Source: Rhina ancylostomus (lineage: Eukaryota). From it: a stretch of DNA of 64,000 nt. This document shows positions 49,549-63,129 of this stretch, in pieces (the first letter of the stretch is position 1; each line of letters opens with the position of its first letter). The notes under the pieces were generated by a model. It saw only the letters and a list, made by a program, of their open reading frames with translations, was not told where the DNA came from and made no database searches. The stretch is from positions 115,350,241 through 115,414,240 of the forward strand of contig JARFYF010000052.1 of the NCBI GenBank assembly GCA_030265395.1. The letters are read 5' to 3'. Made by a program: the position numbers and the translations under genes.

Positions 49549-52184
49549 CAGTCTTCAGGTCCCACACTCATCACAGAACCGGAGTGGAAACTGAGCATCG
49601 TTGATCCTGATTTATTTCCAAAGAAGAGATAGAAGTTCATGAGACTCACACTGCCAAGTAAAGCAGGACTCTTCCAGAGCTCTCCAGGAAACATAGTCAT
49701 CATTTTACCCTCAGGTTACCGAATGGGTTTCATGTTTCCTGCAACAGCTTGGCAGTTGTTGCATGTATATTGCCTAAACATGCATACATTATCCAAAGCA
49801 ATTCATTTGCAATAGTCCTTCTTACCCAATAGCCAGCTTCTGGTTTGCCTCAGATGCTCAATGTCGCAGGCAGAATGAATTGCCACAGAATGAAGCCATC
49901 AACTGCTACCAGCATAGTGAAATGTGACTTATGAAATATGTTACATACAGTAACAGACAACTAGGTGGAAGGAGAGGATATGATACTTCTTCCAGGTGAC
50001 ACGTAGCTCTCATAATACAATGTGTCACGGCAAGTGCTTCCTCATACCATAGGGAGGAATCTTTCCTCTGGAAGACCCCTGTTATCCAGTGCAAGAGACA
50101 TGTTCCCTCCAACTGCTGTTCCCTTCTGCAGATGTAAAATGTAAAATATCTCCTGTAGGCTCAGTCTGCTCTGAGTTTGCAGTTGTGGCTTGAGCAAGAG
50201 GTGAAGACTTCTTTAATCAATTGCAAGCACCTTACACACCACTCCTCACTAAAGTTAGATGTCTCTGGGTGGACATGCTCTGTTGCTGAGGGCACCCTTT
50301 GCTTCTCTTCCTTCCACTTCCAGTGGTTTGTCATGCTGTGTGTGCCCTCTTCTCACTCTCCCACTCATGCTGCCTTCCAAGGGGAAATGTCTGCTAATCC
50401 ATCCACACCAGGAAGCAGCTGGTTTGTGCAGAAGTTTTAATTCAAGACAAAATCATTCAGCACCTGCCACAATATCCTCTGTGAGCTTTAACAACCTTAG
50501 TCCTCATAGATTTGAAACAACACCCAGTAGAAATTAATCAGCATCTACTCTGCAGGTTGCCAATAATCCCTTTTCAAGGAGAACTGATGAATTCCAGTCA
50601 CTTGTTCCATAGATAATGGTGAGGAATTCTAACCAAATGCTAACATTAACAAGGATCCAGTTTTCTGTGTCAAATATCCTGGTTCATTATCATGCTGAAA
50701 TCCATGGTGCATCTTGAAAGCATGAAATTATTTTTATATGGAACACGTGGATTGAAATTGAACTGTTCTGTTCATAATAAAAATCCACTTATAACATGAA
50801 GTCATACTCTGATATTAGTAACTTATCATGAAAGGTTTTTATTAAATTTGAGATCAAAAGTTTAGACATCTATGTTCAAAATAGTGACTTATTTTATCCT
50901 AACAGGTGCTTCTGAACCTGCTTGCTGCCTTTTTCTAATCTGATTTCAATCTCAGAATTTATGGGATTGCTTTTAACACCCATCCTAAGATAGAGATAAT
51001 CATCCAATTTACACATCAGAATGTCTTCACTACTCATGGTCCATGGATGTCAGGCTGATAGATCTGAAATATTCTTGATCAAGAGTGCAGTTTTATTTTA
51101 ATTATCAGATCTGCTGCTGTGGAACCTCTTTGATGTTCAGTGTCTTTCATAAACCAGTCCTTCACCAGTTCCCTCTTTGAATGTTGCACTAAGCTGGGAT
51201 GAACATCCATCGGGTCAGCACGAGTCACTCTACCTTTAGTTCATTAAGTACCTTTTCCACGTGGGTTTAAAATCCTTCATTTTACCACAGGATAATATTT
51301 TGCTCCTTACAGCCTTTGTGAATACTACCAACATTTCCTATAAATCTTCAAATTTTAGACTGATTTTCTTCTCTAGACATTGATACATTTGCATCACTGA
51401 AATGTTTATTATAACCCTTGATGTTCATCGTTACATTCATTCTAACATAATCTACTTTTAAGCCTACTTTTTTTTCTTCCTTTCTCATTAACTTTCTACC
51501 CCTTTATTTCAATCTTTATTTTTTCCAGTAAAAAGTATTTTTTGTAGTACTGGATTTAACCACATTTTTCACTCAGGATGGATGCAGTGTACATCCAGAG
51601 GTTTGAAGAAAATAATATTGGTTTCTGGATATTATAAGTTATGGCTCAAAAGTATCCTTTACTTTAAATATCAGTTAACAACATAGGTATCTAAAGTTTA
51701 TTTTATCAGGATTTGAATTTGCAGTTTTCTAATATTCCACTGATTGTTTTCACATGTTGTATTTATAATTACATTGAATCCAATTGCATTGCTTTTATAG
51801 AATGTATGTAGCCTTCAAAATTCTATAAAGAGTTAAGCATACAAACTTTGGAATTGTATTGCACAGTGCAATGTTAATTTACATTACATGATAAAATCTT
51901 ATGAGAAAACTTTTCACTGAACTTCATCAAGAGTTTACAGTATCCATAATGAAGCTTGCAATTTTATGTCTGGGTCCAATATGTATAAGTAGAACTAACT
52001 ACATGCATTACATCTCTGAATGCCACTTACACAAAATTCACTTGCACGTATGTGGCCCACAAATGGTGAGGTTCACTCATGCAGAAACATGCCTTCACTA
52101 TCTGTGCAAGGTTATTTAGTCAAAGATTAAAGGGACCAGGCTACAGTTCACAAAGTCCATTCAATAAATAGAGGAATTTATGAG

Positions 52185-52330
52185 GATCTTAGATTGGCAG
52201 AAGAATGGAGGGATATGGACCATGTGCAGGCAGAAGGGATTACTTTAATTAGGCGTCATCAGCTTAATTAGTTTAGCATAACATTGTGGGCCGAAGGGCC
52301 TGTTTCTGTGCTGTACGGTTCTATGTTCTA
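52185..52330 (+). mobile_element. CR1 3' end
   Basis: GGAATGGAGGGATATGGACCATGTGCAGGCAGAAGGGATT..GTGGGCCGAAGGGCCTGTTTCTGTGCTGTACGGTTCTATG. Confidence 0.88.
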
Positions 52331-53062
52331 CGTTCCAGCATCTGGAACTGGCTTCAGGTGTATCCGTCCAACCAGAAAGCAAATTTTCATCATAGTAACC
52401 CTTGGATGCTCCACCTCTTTACCCAAGCCTGAACATAGCCTTGCCTTCTTCCCATGCCATATCTCAACCTTTTCCACCAGCCCTTGTGCTGATCTTAATT
52501 GACAGTTTTCCAAGCTGATTTGTTGGGCCTACCACTTACATGCAATTCTCTCTGTGACTGCAGTAAAATGTTCGAAAGTTACTTTATATCAGCAGATATG
52601 AAAGCAGGTGGTCATTAAGGTCAACTACCTAGATGACTAGGCACCATTTTACCTTGGTGTAGTCTGGATTCATTGGCTGTGAAATATATCCAAGGGCATT
52701 GTCAGGGATCCCATGGGAGAGCATAGATATTGGCACGAACTAAGTCAGCACTCTCTTGTACAACAGAGCCACCAGAATTCTACATGCACTGGGCAGCCAA
52801 TAGCTTTCCACTGTAAGGCTGAGTGCGCTGCTGCTGTCATTGTTTCCAAGCTTAGTCCTGCACAAGAAGTCAACTCCCTGCTTCAGGATGGCAGAAATTG
52901 GGTCCCTGATAGGAATGGACCGAGAGTCCAGTGAGGCACATTGTTTGCAGACCTCCCCTTCTGCTCCATAAGAAGCTGACACTAACTCTATCAGCTGCTC
53001 CACCATGCCCCTCACTATTGTGCCACCAGCCTCCACATTCAGCACATCATTCTTCCTCAGAC

Positions 53063-53150
53063 TGGCTGCCCCAGCACAATCTCAGTAATGCAAAAAGACA
53101 TATTTCACTGTGTGTTTCAATGTACATGTGACTACTAAATAAATATCTTA
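53063..53150 (+). mobile_element. V-SINE 3' tail only
   Basis: GGCTGCCCCAGCACA..TGCAAAAAGACATATTTCACTGTGTGTTTCAATGTACATGTGACTA matches 11110-11185. Confidence 0.85.
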
Positions 53151-53529
53151 TGAATTGCTTCTAAACAAGTAAAAGAAATTTTTGTGGAGATATATAATTG
53201 ATGTGGGAGTCTTGACCTAGTCGATGCAGCATAAANNNNNNNNNNNNNNNNNNNNNNNNNNNNNNNNNNNNNNNNNNNNNNNNNNNNNNNNNNNNNNNNN
53301 NNNNNNNNNNNNNNNNNNNNNNNNNNNNNNNNNNNNNNNCAATGTACATGTGACTACTAAATAAATATCTTATGAATTGCTTCTAAACAAGTAAAAGAAA
53401 TTTTGGTGGAGATATATAATTGATGTGGGAGTCTTGACCTAGTCGATGCAGCATAAAAATTGGAGACACACCTTTTAGGAATCATTTTCTGAAAATCACC
53501 TGCAGACAATAGGTCTGGAACTCCCTTTT

Positions 53530-53792
53530 ACATGATAGTGTAACAGTTAGTGTCACACTGTTACAGTGCCAGCGACCAGGGTTCAATTCCAGTCGCTGTT
53601 TGTAAGGAGTTTGTACATTCTCCCGTGTCTGTGTGGGTTTCCTCCAGGTGCTCCGGGTTAGGAGGTTATGGGCATGCTTTGTTGGCACCAGAAGCATGGT
53701 GACACTTGCAGGCTTCCCCCAGAACACTCTATGCAAAATGATGTATTTCGCTGTGTGTTGCGATGTACATGTGACTAATAAAGTTATCTTAT
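53530..53792 (+). mobile_element. V-SINE with internal deletion
   Basis: Same family as 10893. Lacks the TCCTCCCACATTCCAAAGA segment after GGTGCTCCGG. Confidence 0.9.
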
Positions 53793-54139
53793 TGTACCTT
53801 AAAAATAAATATTACAAATNNNNNNNNNNAATAAAGATGATAACAAATAATGCATTTCCTTAATTTAGTTCTAGTACTTTAAAGTAGTATAAACTAATTA
53901 AGAACATAAAAACAAAATAAAAGAAAAGAAAACTTCACTTTCTTTAATGAAGGTTGGCAATTGCATTCAAATGAATAGTGCTGAAAGCATCAGAAAGCTG
54001 AGGAGCCATGTGGGAAGTGACTCTAATCTCTCAGCTCCAGGCCTTTGTGTTCCATGCTGGATGAAGTGGTAAATCCAGAACAAACTCAGTAAATTCAGGT
54101 ACCCTGGCATCTGACCACAGTTTATTTCTCAGTTACACA

Positions 54140-54850
54140 TTGCAATACACAGGTGCGAAGTCATGGACAAGTTGACCCACAAGCAAGTCGTAGACTGGGA
54201 TCAAAGTCCATAGTTCCCTGAGCTTAGCAACAGAGGTCAGTAGGGCGATGAAGAAGGCATTTAGCATACTTGCTTTCAATAGGTTGGGGCACAGAATATA
54301 AGAGTTGGGACATTATGTTATGTTGCCATACTATAGGAAGTTTCTGATTGCACAGGAAGGAGTGCAAAGGAGATTGACTAGGATGTTACCTGGACTGGGG
54401 GACTTTTGTAATGGGGAGAGATTGTATCAGTTGACCTTGTCTTCCCTGGAGCAAAGGAGGCTTAAGGCTGACCTGATAGACATATATAAGGTTATGAGGG
54501 TCTTAGATAGAGTGAATTGTCAAAATCTTGTCCCGTGATGAGGGCATCATGAATAAGAGGCCATAGTTTTAACATGAGACGTAGGAGACTTAAAGGGTAC
54601 TTTTGAGGAAAGATTTTTACAGAGAGAATGGTTGGTATCTAGAATGTGCTCCCAGAGGAGGTGATGGACTGAAATACAATTACTATGTTCAAGAAGCATT
54701 TAACAGACAATTAAATTGGCAAGGCATAGAAGGATATTGTCCTAATATGGGCTATCGAGATTAGTGTCGATGAGCAAAACATCAGAATGAATGTGGTGGG
54801 CAAAAGGACCCATTTCTGTGCTATACAACTCCATGAATCTGTGGCTCTAA
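54140..54850 (+). mobile_element. CR1 LINE 3' ~700 bp
   Basis: EGVQRRLTRMLPGL..SLEQRRLKADLIDIYKVMRVLDRVN, followed by the tail. Confidence 0.9.
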
Positions 54851-55059
54851 GACTCTGTGAGCAATTCACCACAGAACAGTCATCAACAGGTAAGCAAGAA
54901 CTGGTCCAATATTTGAAGACTGGGAGGGACTGCATTAACCTTCCCTACTTCATAAAGGGTTAGCACTAATTAATGAACAAGTCCAATTATTTGACATCAT
55001 AAATTCTGTACTTTGCACAAATGAATATTGCCTCCTTGACCATGTAGATGTGGTTGGGT

Positions 55060-55750
55060 GAGCAGATTAGGCCTGTGCTCTCTTGAGTTTGGAAGAATAA
55101 GAGATGATCTCACCAAAATGTACAAAAGGGCTTGATAGGGTAAGTGCTTCCAATGGCTGGAGTGCCTAGAATTAGGGATTGCAGTCTTAAAATAAGGGGT
55201 CAGCCAATCACATCAGAGATAAGAAGAAACTTCTTCAGCCAGAAGATGCTAANNNNNNNNNNNNNNNNNNNNNNNNNNNNNNNNNNNNNNNNNNNNNNNN
55301 NNNNNNNNNNNNNNNNNNNNNNNNNNNNNNNNNNNNNNNNNNNNNNNNNNNNTGCTAAGCCTTTAGAATTTTGAACTTCTTAACCTCCTTAACATTGCAA
55401 GTGGTAGTGCATTATCTACAATATAGTTCTCAGTTCATGGCTAATCTATCATGGAAGTCACAGGTGCTCTCAATTCAAGGAAGAGGGAATTTATTTCATT
55501 CCTTTTACTTATCACATTAGTTTTCTGATTCTATCACTTCTTAGTGAAAGACTGAAAAAGAATGACTCCCATAGGAAAAGGAGGCTCAGTCGCTGATTAT
55601 AATCAATGCTAAAACTGATAGATTTTTAGACTTGAAGGGATATGGGATTAGTGCAGGAAAGTAACACTGAAGATCAGCCATGATCTTATTGAATGGCAAA
55701 TCAGACATGAGGTGCTAAATGTCCTATTAGTGCTTCTCTTTCCCATGTCC
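55060..55750 (+). mobile_element. CR1 3' fragments (55060-55252 and ~55585-55750)
   Basis: CSLKIRGQPITSEIRRNFFSQK, and later GATCAGCCATGATCTTATTGAATGGC tail, the reverse complement of ~4075-4100. Confidence 0.7.
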
Positions 55751-57353
55751 TTTTGACTGAACAAGAGGCCTAATGTACCAGAATTGCAACTCATTTACCA
55801 AGGGACAGAATTGCCAGATAGTTACATCTCATGCTACTCAGTCTGAAACAGTAGCCAACGTCTTCAGAAGTGATCAATGTACCACAAGAGATGGCAGGTA
55901 GCCATCTACAGTTTCTTCCAAGTCTGTCATCATTGATCAGAAAAGGTAATTTCTTCCATCTTCCTGCTGCGGTCAGAAGTATAATAGCCAAGTGCTTAAA
56001 TGCTAGCTGTCTGCTAGGTGGTTTGGCTTCATTAATCTTCATGATGTATACAGAAAGTTTAATGAGGCCAGGGGCTTGCAATTAGTGAACCTTCTTTTCC
56101 ATGAAAGCAGCCTTCATCATGTCAGGTGGTTGCACTCAAAGAATTCTGGGGCTGAAAGGATCCTTCATGAAGCAGGGTGCTATTGATAAGTCTTTTTCCT
56201 TACTGGCTTTGATCAATTCTGAATCAGTGCTACTGCATAACTCCTCCAGAGAGCATTTTAATATCAAAGTAAGAAACTCCATATACACAGTCTCATTACC
56301 AACTTATGAATCTGAAGTCATTGATTGTTAGACATTGTGTTATCTTGATCAGTCTCACCCAAACTGCACACAGTATCAAGTGTGAATGAAACACTGGTGA
56401 TGTCTGCTGTATTTGAACTAGATGCACACAGCAACCCAGTGCACTGCAATCATGGTGCATTGATCATAGAAATTCAAATCCATGCAATGTTACAGTGGGT
56501 CATCATTACACCAGTTATTCGCCTGACTGGAGGTCGAGCCATTTCATGGGACACACAGGTCACTCTAGCAGCAGGTCTAGAGAGGGCTTTGTTGCCATTT
56601 GCTGGCATGCTCCACCTCCCCCTCCTCCTCCTCTTCTCCCTATTGGAGGCCTTCAGTCAAGACCTGAAACCTCAGGATGACATGCTGGGATAGTTTATGG
56701 CAGGTGACAAGGTATCTTACCTTTTCTTAAGAATTTTGGGAAGCCTGCAATCTTCACCAGCCTACCATCCCAATCCACATCTGTTTAAGGGGAAGGTCCC
56801 TTTTACATGAGAAGAGAACATCAGTGACTTCCCTGATCCACCAGTCAGCCTCAAACTGGGGAGTATGGCATAGATAAACTGCCACTAGGTGGATCATTAA
56901 AGGTGAAGGTCAGGTTGACAGTGCCATTTGTCTCTCAAGGAAGAGATCTGCTGCTGCAGGTAAGAGCTTCATACCCTTGGCTCTTAGGAGATAGGGTCAA
57001 ACGGTATGACCTTTCCCTCCTCCTTTCAGGTCTCTATGTATGTCTGACCTAACCCCAGTGACTCTCTTCTTGCTCCAGCTCATGCAGCAAACCCAAGACC
57101 ACCACCACAGGAGCAGACAAGACAAAACAGTAGTGGCGGGAGATTGTGCACCTCAGTGCAGCAGTTTGTAATCTGCCACTGTGTTCCCTGCCAGCCTTCA
57201 AGCTCCAATGCAATGTAAAACTACAGCCCTGTGAGTGTTCCATAATATTTCTTAATCAGAAAAACCAAATCCAAATTTAGTTGGGGATTCACCAAATAAA
57301 TCCTGCATACTATCTGTACCTGGTTTGCATATCAGACACCTGAGTGTGCCAAT

Positions 57354-57937
57354 GAATGTAGACAATACTTCTGAGTCTGCCCATTACTTTATTACAAAAA
57401 TTCTTTTCTTTTTAAATCTCCATTAACTTTCCTTAGGCTAGTCGATTACCTAATTCCTGTATTAATCTTTGTTGTGCTGTCACCCACTGGTGTTACTCTG
57501 AAACCTAAACCATTAGAGGCCTGAGCCTCGAGAACATCCTGTCCATACTGCCACTAAGCTGTGGGCACTGACAGGTATCTCACTGCAGCTCATCTGTTGT
57601 TTATTAACTGGGAATCAGTTGGTTCCCATCTTGCATCGGTTGACAGATTGAGTAAAAGGATCTCACTGTTCACATTTAAACAGATGGGCAGACTGCTGGG
57701 CCATTTACAGGCCAATGTAGAAATACATCTGGCAGGTCTTGGCTAACACAGTAGTGGCGAGGGATCTCCCAACTTCCAATTGCTTGCTATCCATTTTTTT
57801 TCAAGAGACTATTGTACCATTAGGATTAATGCAGAGATTAGGTAATGGACTAGCCTAAGGAAAGTTAATGGAGATTTATAAAGAACTGAATGATTGTAAT
57901 AAAGTAATGGGCAGACTCAGAAGCATTGTCTACATTC
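57354..57937. repeat. Foldback / palindromic element with 116-bp arms
   Basis: 57354-57469 versus the reverse complement of 57822-57937 aligns without gaps with about 11 mismatches, including perfect 30-bp and 31-bp blocks. Confidence 0.92.
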
Positions 57938-58229
57938 TGCAGTTATTCATGTCAATTGGTGATGCTGCTGATCCAAGTGGTCCAGATGAGACATCCCAAG
58001 TCATAGAAGCATAATGATTATAACTGTCTTCCAGCAGTGGAAGGTCCCCTAAGGCCAAATGAAACCCAGATGTGCAAATATTAGGATGCACACTTATTTC
58101 ATTTTCAACTAAAAATACGAAGGACTCACTGACATTTCTATGCTGGGTTTTCATAATGTTTTTCTTAAACTTATTCCGTTGAAGTCCCTAGATTATTTCT
58201 TGCAAATATTATTAGTTTCCTTTACAGTT

Positions 58230-58525
58230 CCCAGGCATCGAATGCCTGAAGGCTTGAAGGGGCAAGGAGGGTAAGTAGCTGGTAAGTAGGTAAAGGTAAG
58301 GTTTCCCTGTTGTCTCTTATAGATTTGTAGGTGGGATTAACTAGGGGGAGAAAAGGTAGTGAGATGAAAGACAGGGTCATATGCTGCAGCTGTTTAACGT
58401 GGGAGTCCATGGACCTTGCTGTGGTCCACGATGACCACATCTGCAGTAAGTGCTTGAGGCTAGAGGAACTTCAGCTCAGAGTTGATGAGCTGGAGTCGCA
58501 GCTACAAACACTGCACAACATCAGG
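58230..58525 (+). mobile_element. CR1 5' UTR and ORF1 N-terminus (zinc-finger / leucine-zipper)
   Basis: VICCSCLTWESMDLAVVHDDHICSKCLRLEELQLRVDELESQLQTLHNIR has the CxxC..CxxC plus heptad pattern of CR1 ORF1. Runs into a gap. Confidence 0.85.
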
Positions 58526-59029
58526 NNNNNNNNNNNNNNNNNNNNNNNNNNNNNNNNNNNNNNNNNNNNNNNNNNNNNNNNNNNNNNNNNNNNNNNNNNN
58601 NNNNNNNNNNNNNNNNNNNNNNNNNNNNNNNNNNNNNNNNNNNNNNNNNNNNNNNNNNNNNNNNNNNNNNNNNNNNNNNNNNNNNNNNNNNNNNNNNNNN
58701 NNNNNNNNNNNNNNNNNNNNNNNNNNNNNNNNNNNNNNNNNNNNNNNNNNNNNNNNNNNNNNNNNNNNNNNNNNNNNNNNNNNNNNNNNNNNNNNNNNNN
58801 NNNNNNNNNNNNNNNNNNNNNNNNNNNNNNNNNNNNNNNNNNNNNNNNNNNNNNNNNNNNNNNNNNNNNNNNNNNNNNNNCCTATTTCTATGTCATTATA
58901 AATATAAGATGATATTTAATTTTATCTCAGTGGTAAATACAGAAGCTGCAACAGCTGAATACTCATAGGCATATGATTCATCATTTGACTCCTCTAAAAC
59001 ATTCCCATTACAACCAAGCATTTCAGAAG

Positions 59030-59560
59030 TGTGATACAATGCTCCTGGCTTGCTGTCTGCAGGCTACTCTAACAATACTCAAGAAGGTTGGACGCCCAGA
59101 AAAAAGAAACCCACATGATTGACACCCAGTCTATTTAAACTTTATTGCTTCCACAATCAATCCGTTGTGACTGCATTAAGACTCACTAAAGATTCTTTGG
59201 TAGTGTGCCCTGTACTGGTGATCTCAGAAACAGCCAGAAACTGTAATACAACATCATCCCTCCAATTCCGTGCAAATCATGTGCCATGTGAAGGACCCAC
59301 TGATATTCTTGGGTTTTTTTTTAATTATTTTTTTCAAATTCTTTCTATTATACTTTCATGCAAGTCCCAAGAAATGTCATCCAGAATTTGAAATATATCA
59401 CCAGTCCTTCAGTGTTGCTGGCTCTGAGGCCAGGGACTCCAAATTCAGTTGAACATTCAGTCAAATTTCAATGCTTTAAGATCAGCTCACTCCCCCTTCC
59501 TTGAGAACAATTAATGGTGGGCAATAAATGTTGTCGTTAAAGTGACACCATCTCATGAAT
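59030..59560 (+). mobile_element. CR1-group LINE 3' relic (YKMH family)
   Basis: Contains FEIYHQSFSVAGS and ends GGGCAATAAATG..CATGAATAAATTAAAA. Confidence 0.6.
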
Positions 59561-59865
59561 AAATTAAAATGAAACTTGTCTTCCCTCAGGAGACACAAAC
59601 ATGATGTTGTAATAACTTTCACCTTTGTCCACTTCTCTGCTTGTCCATAGTATGAAATATAAACAAATTTAATTTCTTATTTCAATAGATTAAACCATAA
59701 TTAGTTTAAGGGCACTGTTTTCTAAGTTTTGATAAACTTAGCCATTTGCAAAAAGTACAAAACATTATGTGAATATACCTGTAAAAATGCCTACAAGGTA
59801 GCATTTTCCAGTATTAAGTCTATAGTAATTCAAGGATAAAAGAGGTGAAAGAAGAATAATGAGCT

Positions 59866-60000
59866 TGGAGACACAAGAGACTGCAGGTGCTGGAATCTGG
59901 AACATAAAAAAACTAAACTGCTGGAAGAATTCAGCAGGTCAAGCAGCATCTCTGGAGGGAATGGGATGGTCAATGTTTCAGGTCGAGATCCGGCATCAGA
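59866..60000 (-). mobile_element. PLE terminal repeat
   Basis: GGAGACACAAGAGACTGCAGGTGCTGGAATCTGG..CAGCAGGTCAAGCAGCATCT matches 26236-26370. Confidence 0.8.
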
Positions 60001-60024
60001 GCTGTCAGTTATTGTCAAGCACAT

Positions 60025-60285
60025 CAGTTAATACAACACCAGCAACCCGGGTTCAATTCCGGCCACTGTCTGTAAGGAGTTTGTACATTCTCCCCATGTG
60101 TCTGAGTGGGTTTCCTCCAAGTGCTCTGGTTTCCTCCCACATTCCAAAGACATACGGGNNNNNNNNNNGGCATGCTATGTTGGCACTGGAAGCATGGCAA
60201 CATTTGCAGTCTACCCCAGAGCACTCCAGGCAAAGATGCATTTCACTGTGTATTTTGATGTACATGTGACTAAAAAGATATCTTA
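60025..60285 (+). mobile_element. V-SINE, slightly 5'-truncated
   Basis: GGGTTCAATTCCGGCCACTGTCTGTAAGGAGTTTGTAC, V-core and tail as in 10893. Confidence 0.92.
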
Positions 60286-63129
60286 ACTATTAGGAATAGT
60301 GAGCAAATAAATTAAGTTCAAAAAATATTATTATGAGAGGAATGAGAAAATTCACAGTTGTGTCTTTAATTCAGATTTTAAGAAACTGTAAATAAGGTCA
60401 TTGCAAAAACATTGCCTTGTATTAACTAATTTTGTTTTGTTCATTTTTTAAGCATTTGAGCTTCCTTCTGCCCCTCCTCCCCTCCCCCCAAATAGATTTC
60501 CATCAATGTCCCTGTCATGTTGTTTCCTTGTTATTTTGCTATTTCATTNNNNNNNNNNNNNNNNNNNNNNNNNNNNNNNNNNNNNNNNNNNNNNNNNNNN
60601 NNNNNNNNNNNNNNNNNNNNNNNNNNNNNNNNNNNNNNNNNNNNNNNNNNNNNNNNNNNNNNNNNNNNNNNNNNNNNNNNNNNNNNNNNNNNNNNNNNNN
60701 NNNNNNNNNNNNNNNNNNNNNNNNNNNNNNNNNNNNNNNNNNNNNNNNNNNNNNNNNNNNNNNNNNNNNNNNNNNNNNNNNNNNNNNATATTGGAAAATC
60801 ATATAATAAAATCAGAAATGAATGTCCATCTGAATATATGTTCTCCTATACAGTTTGTTGGTGGTGACAACTGGAGCATTGTGTGCCTTCTCTTTAAACA
60901 TGTCTCTCAGCAGAGTGTCGTTGGCCACCTGCCTTACTAAAGGTAACCAAGCTGCAGGTATTTATTGCTCCGCTGTATCTGAACATACATAAGTGACAGA
61001 CTCACTGGCTCCCACTGACTTGATTTTGTCCTGGGAAGAACTAATATGTTCTCCCTTCGTGGTTTTGAGTACACAATCAACCGTTGTAAGAAACTTATTG
61101 AGTTTAGTCATTGAGGATGTATTTGGTCCCATAGGAATCATTCGTCCCACAGCACAGACATAACAGTAAATCTCTTTCACTTTTGCCGGCAGCATTGTTT
61201 TTAACACCCATGACAAATTACATAGCAACAGTAATAATCATCATGTAATAATTATGCTGTCTTATATCACTGTTCTTTACATATTCCCATTAAAAGTTGG
61301 GTGACTAATATATTGTATATTTATTAATATATTGTACCTGTAACTCTGCATAATGTCTAAATTATTTGAAAAGCTTTCATTTTATAATCTATTCCAGATG
61401 TTTTTAAAATTGAAAGAGCCTCTTTATATATACATATATTTTCTATCCATTATAGATGATTTCAATTATGTAGATGTCCCACTTGGGACATTCCTATATA
61501 TATAGTGCAAACAGAAAGCTGGCATTTTCCAGGAGTATTTTTCATCCTTACTGGATATTCCTGCCAGAAAGCCTGACATGAAATTCTTGTCTGAGGTCTG
61601 TGAGTAATCAGATTATTTCACTAGCCACTTTTCATTGTTCACCTTGTTCAACTGTCTCTGCGCCCTCATCATCTGAATACTCTTATTTGCAATCGCAGCT
61701 GGATAAGGTCAGCAAGCAAGCACATCAGGCCAAATATTTTCCACTTTCAACCCAGATAAGTATCTCTTTAAGTAACGACTCTTGCCTAATTCAGTATGGG
61801 AACTGCACCAGATTCACTCCTCTCTTGTCCCCTCCCCACTCCCGACATAGAAAAATGGAGACCCACTTTCTTCCCACCTTGGGATCACTAATGGAAATCA
61901 TGTTTTTTCCCTAAAGACAGCAGTCATGCTGACATCTTGAAAAGTTACAAAGCTTTAAAACAATAAATTTTAAAGAAAACTATGTGTATGCCAATACAAT
62001 GTCATACTTTCCTTATGTTAGAACACAGAAAAGTTATGATCACCTAGGAAAGTACAGTAGCCTGAACTAGGCACAAGGTAAGTGGTCACTAGTAGACCTT
62101 CACTTAAACCCAAACAACACACAAAATATGCCAGATGTCCTCTTCAATATTATTACTATTATCTCTTTCTTAGAAATCCCAACTAAATTGCAATATTTTA
62201 AGCACCTCTGACCTACTCTGAGTGTTGAAAATTTGCTCTGGAAATGTGTGGAATGTGGTTCACTTTTCACCACCAGTACTGTTAAACCATGAAATTAGCA
62301 TTTTCTTATCTGTATTTAACGTATCCATTGACACATTAATTACATCTGCAACAACATTTCACTATTAGAGAAACAAACTGTAGACAATAACAGAAACCAA
62401 AGGTCTCTTGCTGGAATTCTGGCTTCATTTTAAAAAGAAATTCAAAAATGATAGGACCATAACATCGAAAAGCTGTCAACTTCTGAAATGGCAGAACACT
62501 CATGTCAGAAGCATTGCCAAGAATGCCTAAAACTGAGGCATCGAGAGTAAGTGCTGGGTCAAGTACGAGTAATTTCTGGTGAACTGTCCTTGTCTGACAG
62601 CCAATGATAAAGATAAGCAAGATAAGTATTAAGGTCTTCCCATTCTAGTTGTATATCACCAAGCCTCCATGCAGATCTGCATTGTGTACCCTGGAAAATG
62701 TTATTATACATTCAAAATAACGAAAAATGAGCTTTGTTTTTCTGGCAGGTGAAGAATAATACAATTAATCTCTTTCTTTTTACATTTTTCATAGGTACAA
62801 TGAGCCAAGTACAACACACTGACAGGAAACTGGAGAGAAGCTTTTCTGTTTTGGGTACAGCACATCTTTTTCTTCGGTACTTTGACAAAGAAAGCTCTAC
62901 AGAGGGTTTTGGGTAGAGACAGTTCTTCAGTGGAAGCTCTGCCATATATCACATTGTGCAAGGTCAACTTCAGCTATGTTCATTTATGTTCCATGTCTCC
63001 TTAAACAGTCTAATTTACATTTCTGTTAATAATGAGAATTAAAAAAAAGACTATTCCTAGAGGTGAATTGTTTTGCTGAAAGCAAAAAATAGTAGTACAC
63101 ACTACAAGTGAAGTGTGCAATAGAATATT

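Noticed and set aside
52740-53045. 101-aa minus-strand ORF with faint Harbinger resemblance
   Set aside because: Motifs are too degenerate to call by eye.
53119-53457. ~118-bp direct repeat around a gap
   Set aside because: Copies differ by about one base and flank a ~100-N gap, likely two haplotypes left unmerged.
55791-56693. Cluster of overlapping 60-103 aa ORFs
   Set aside because: No recognisable domain or splice structure; probably decayed repeat.
60962-62967. Several 60-104 aa ORFs and isolated strong splice sites
   Set aside because: Acceptor-donor pairs gave stop-containing or unrecognisable frames, with no consistent strand or phase.
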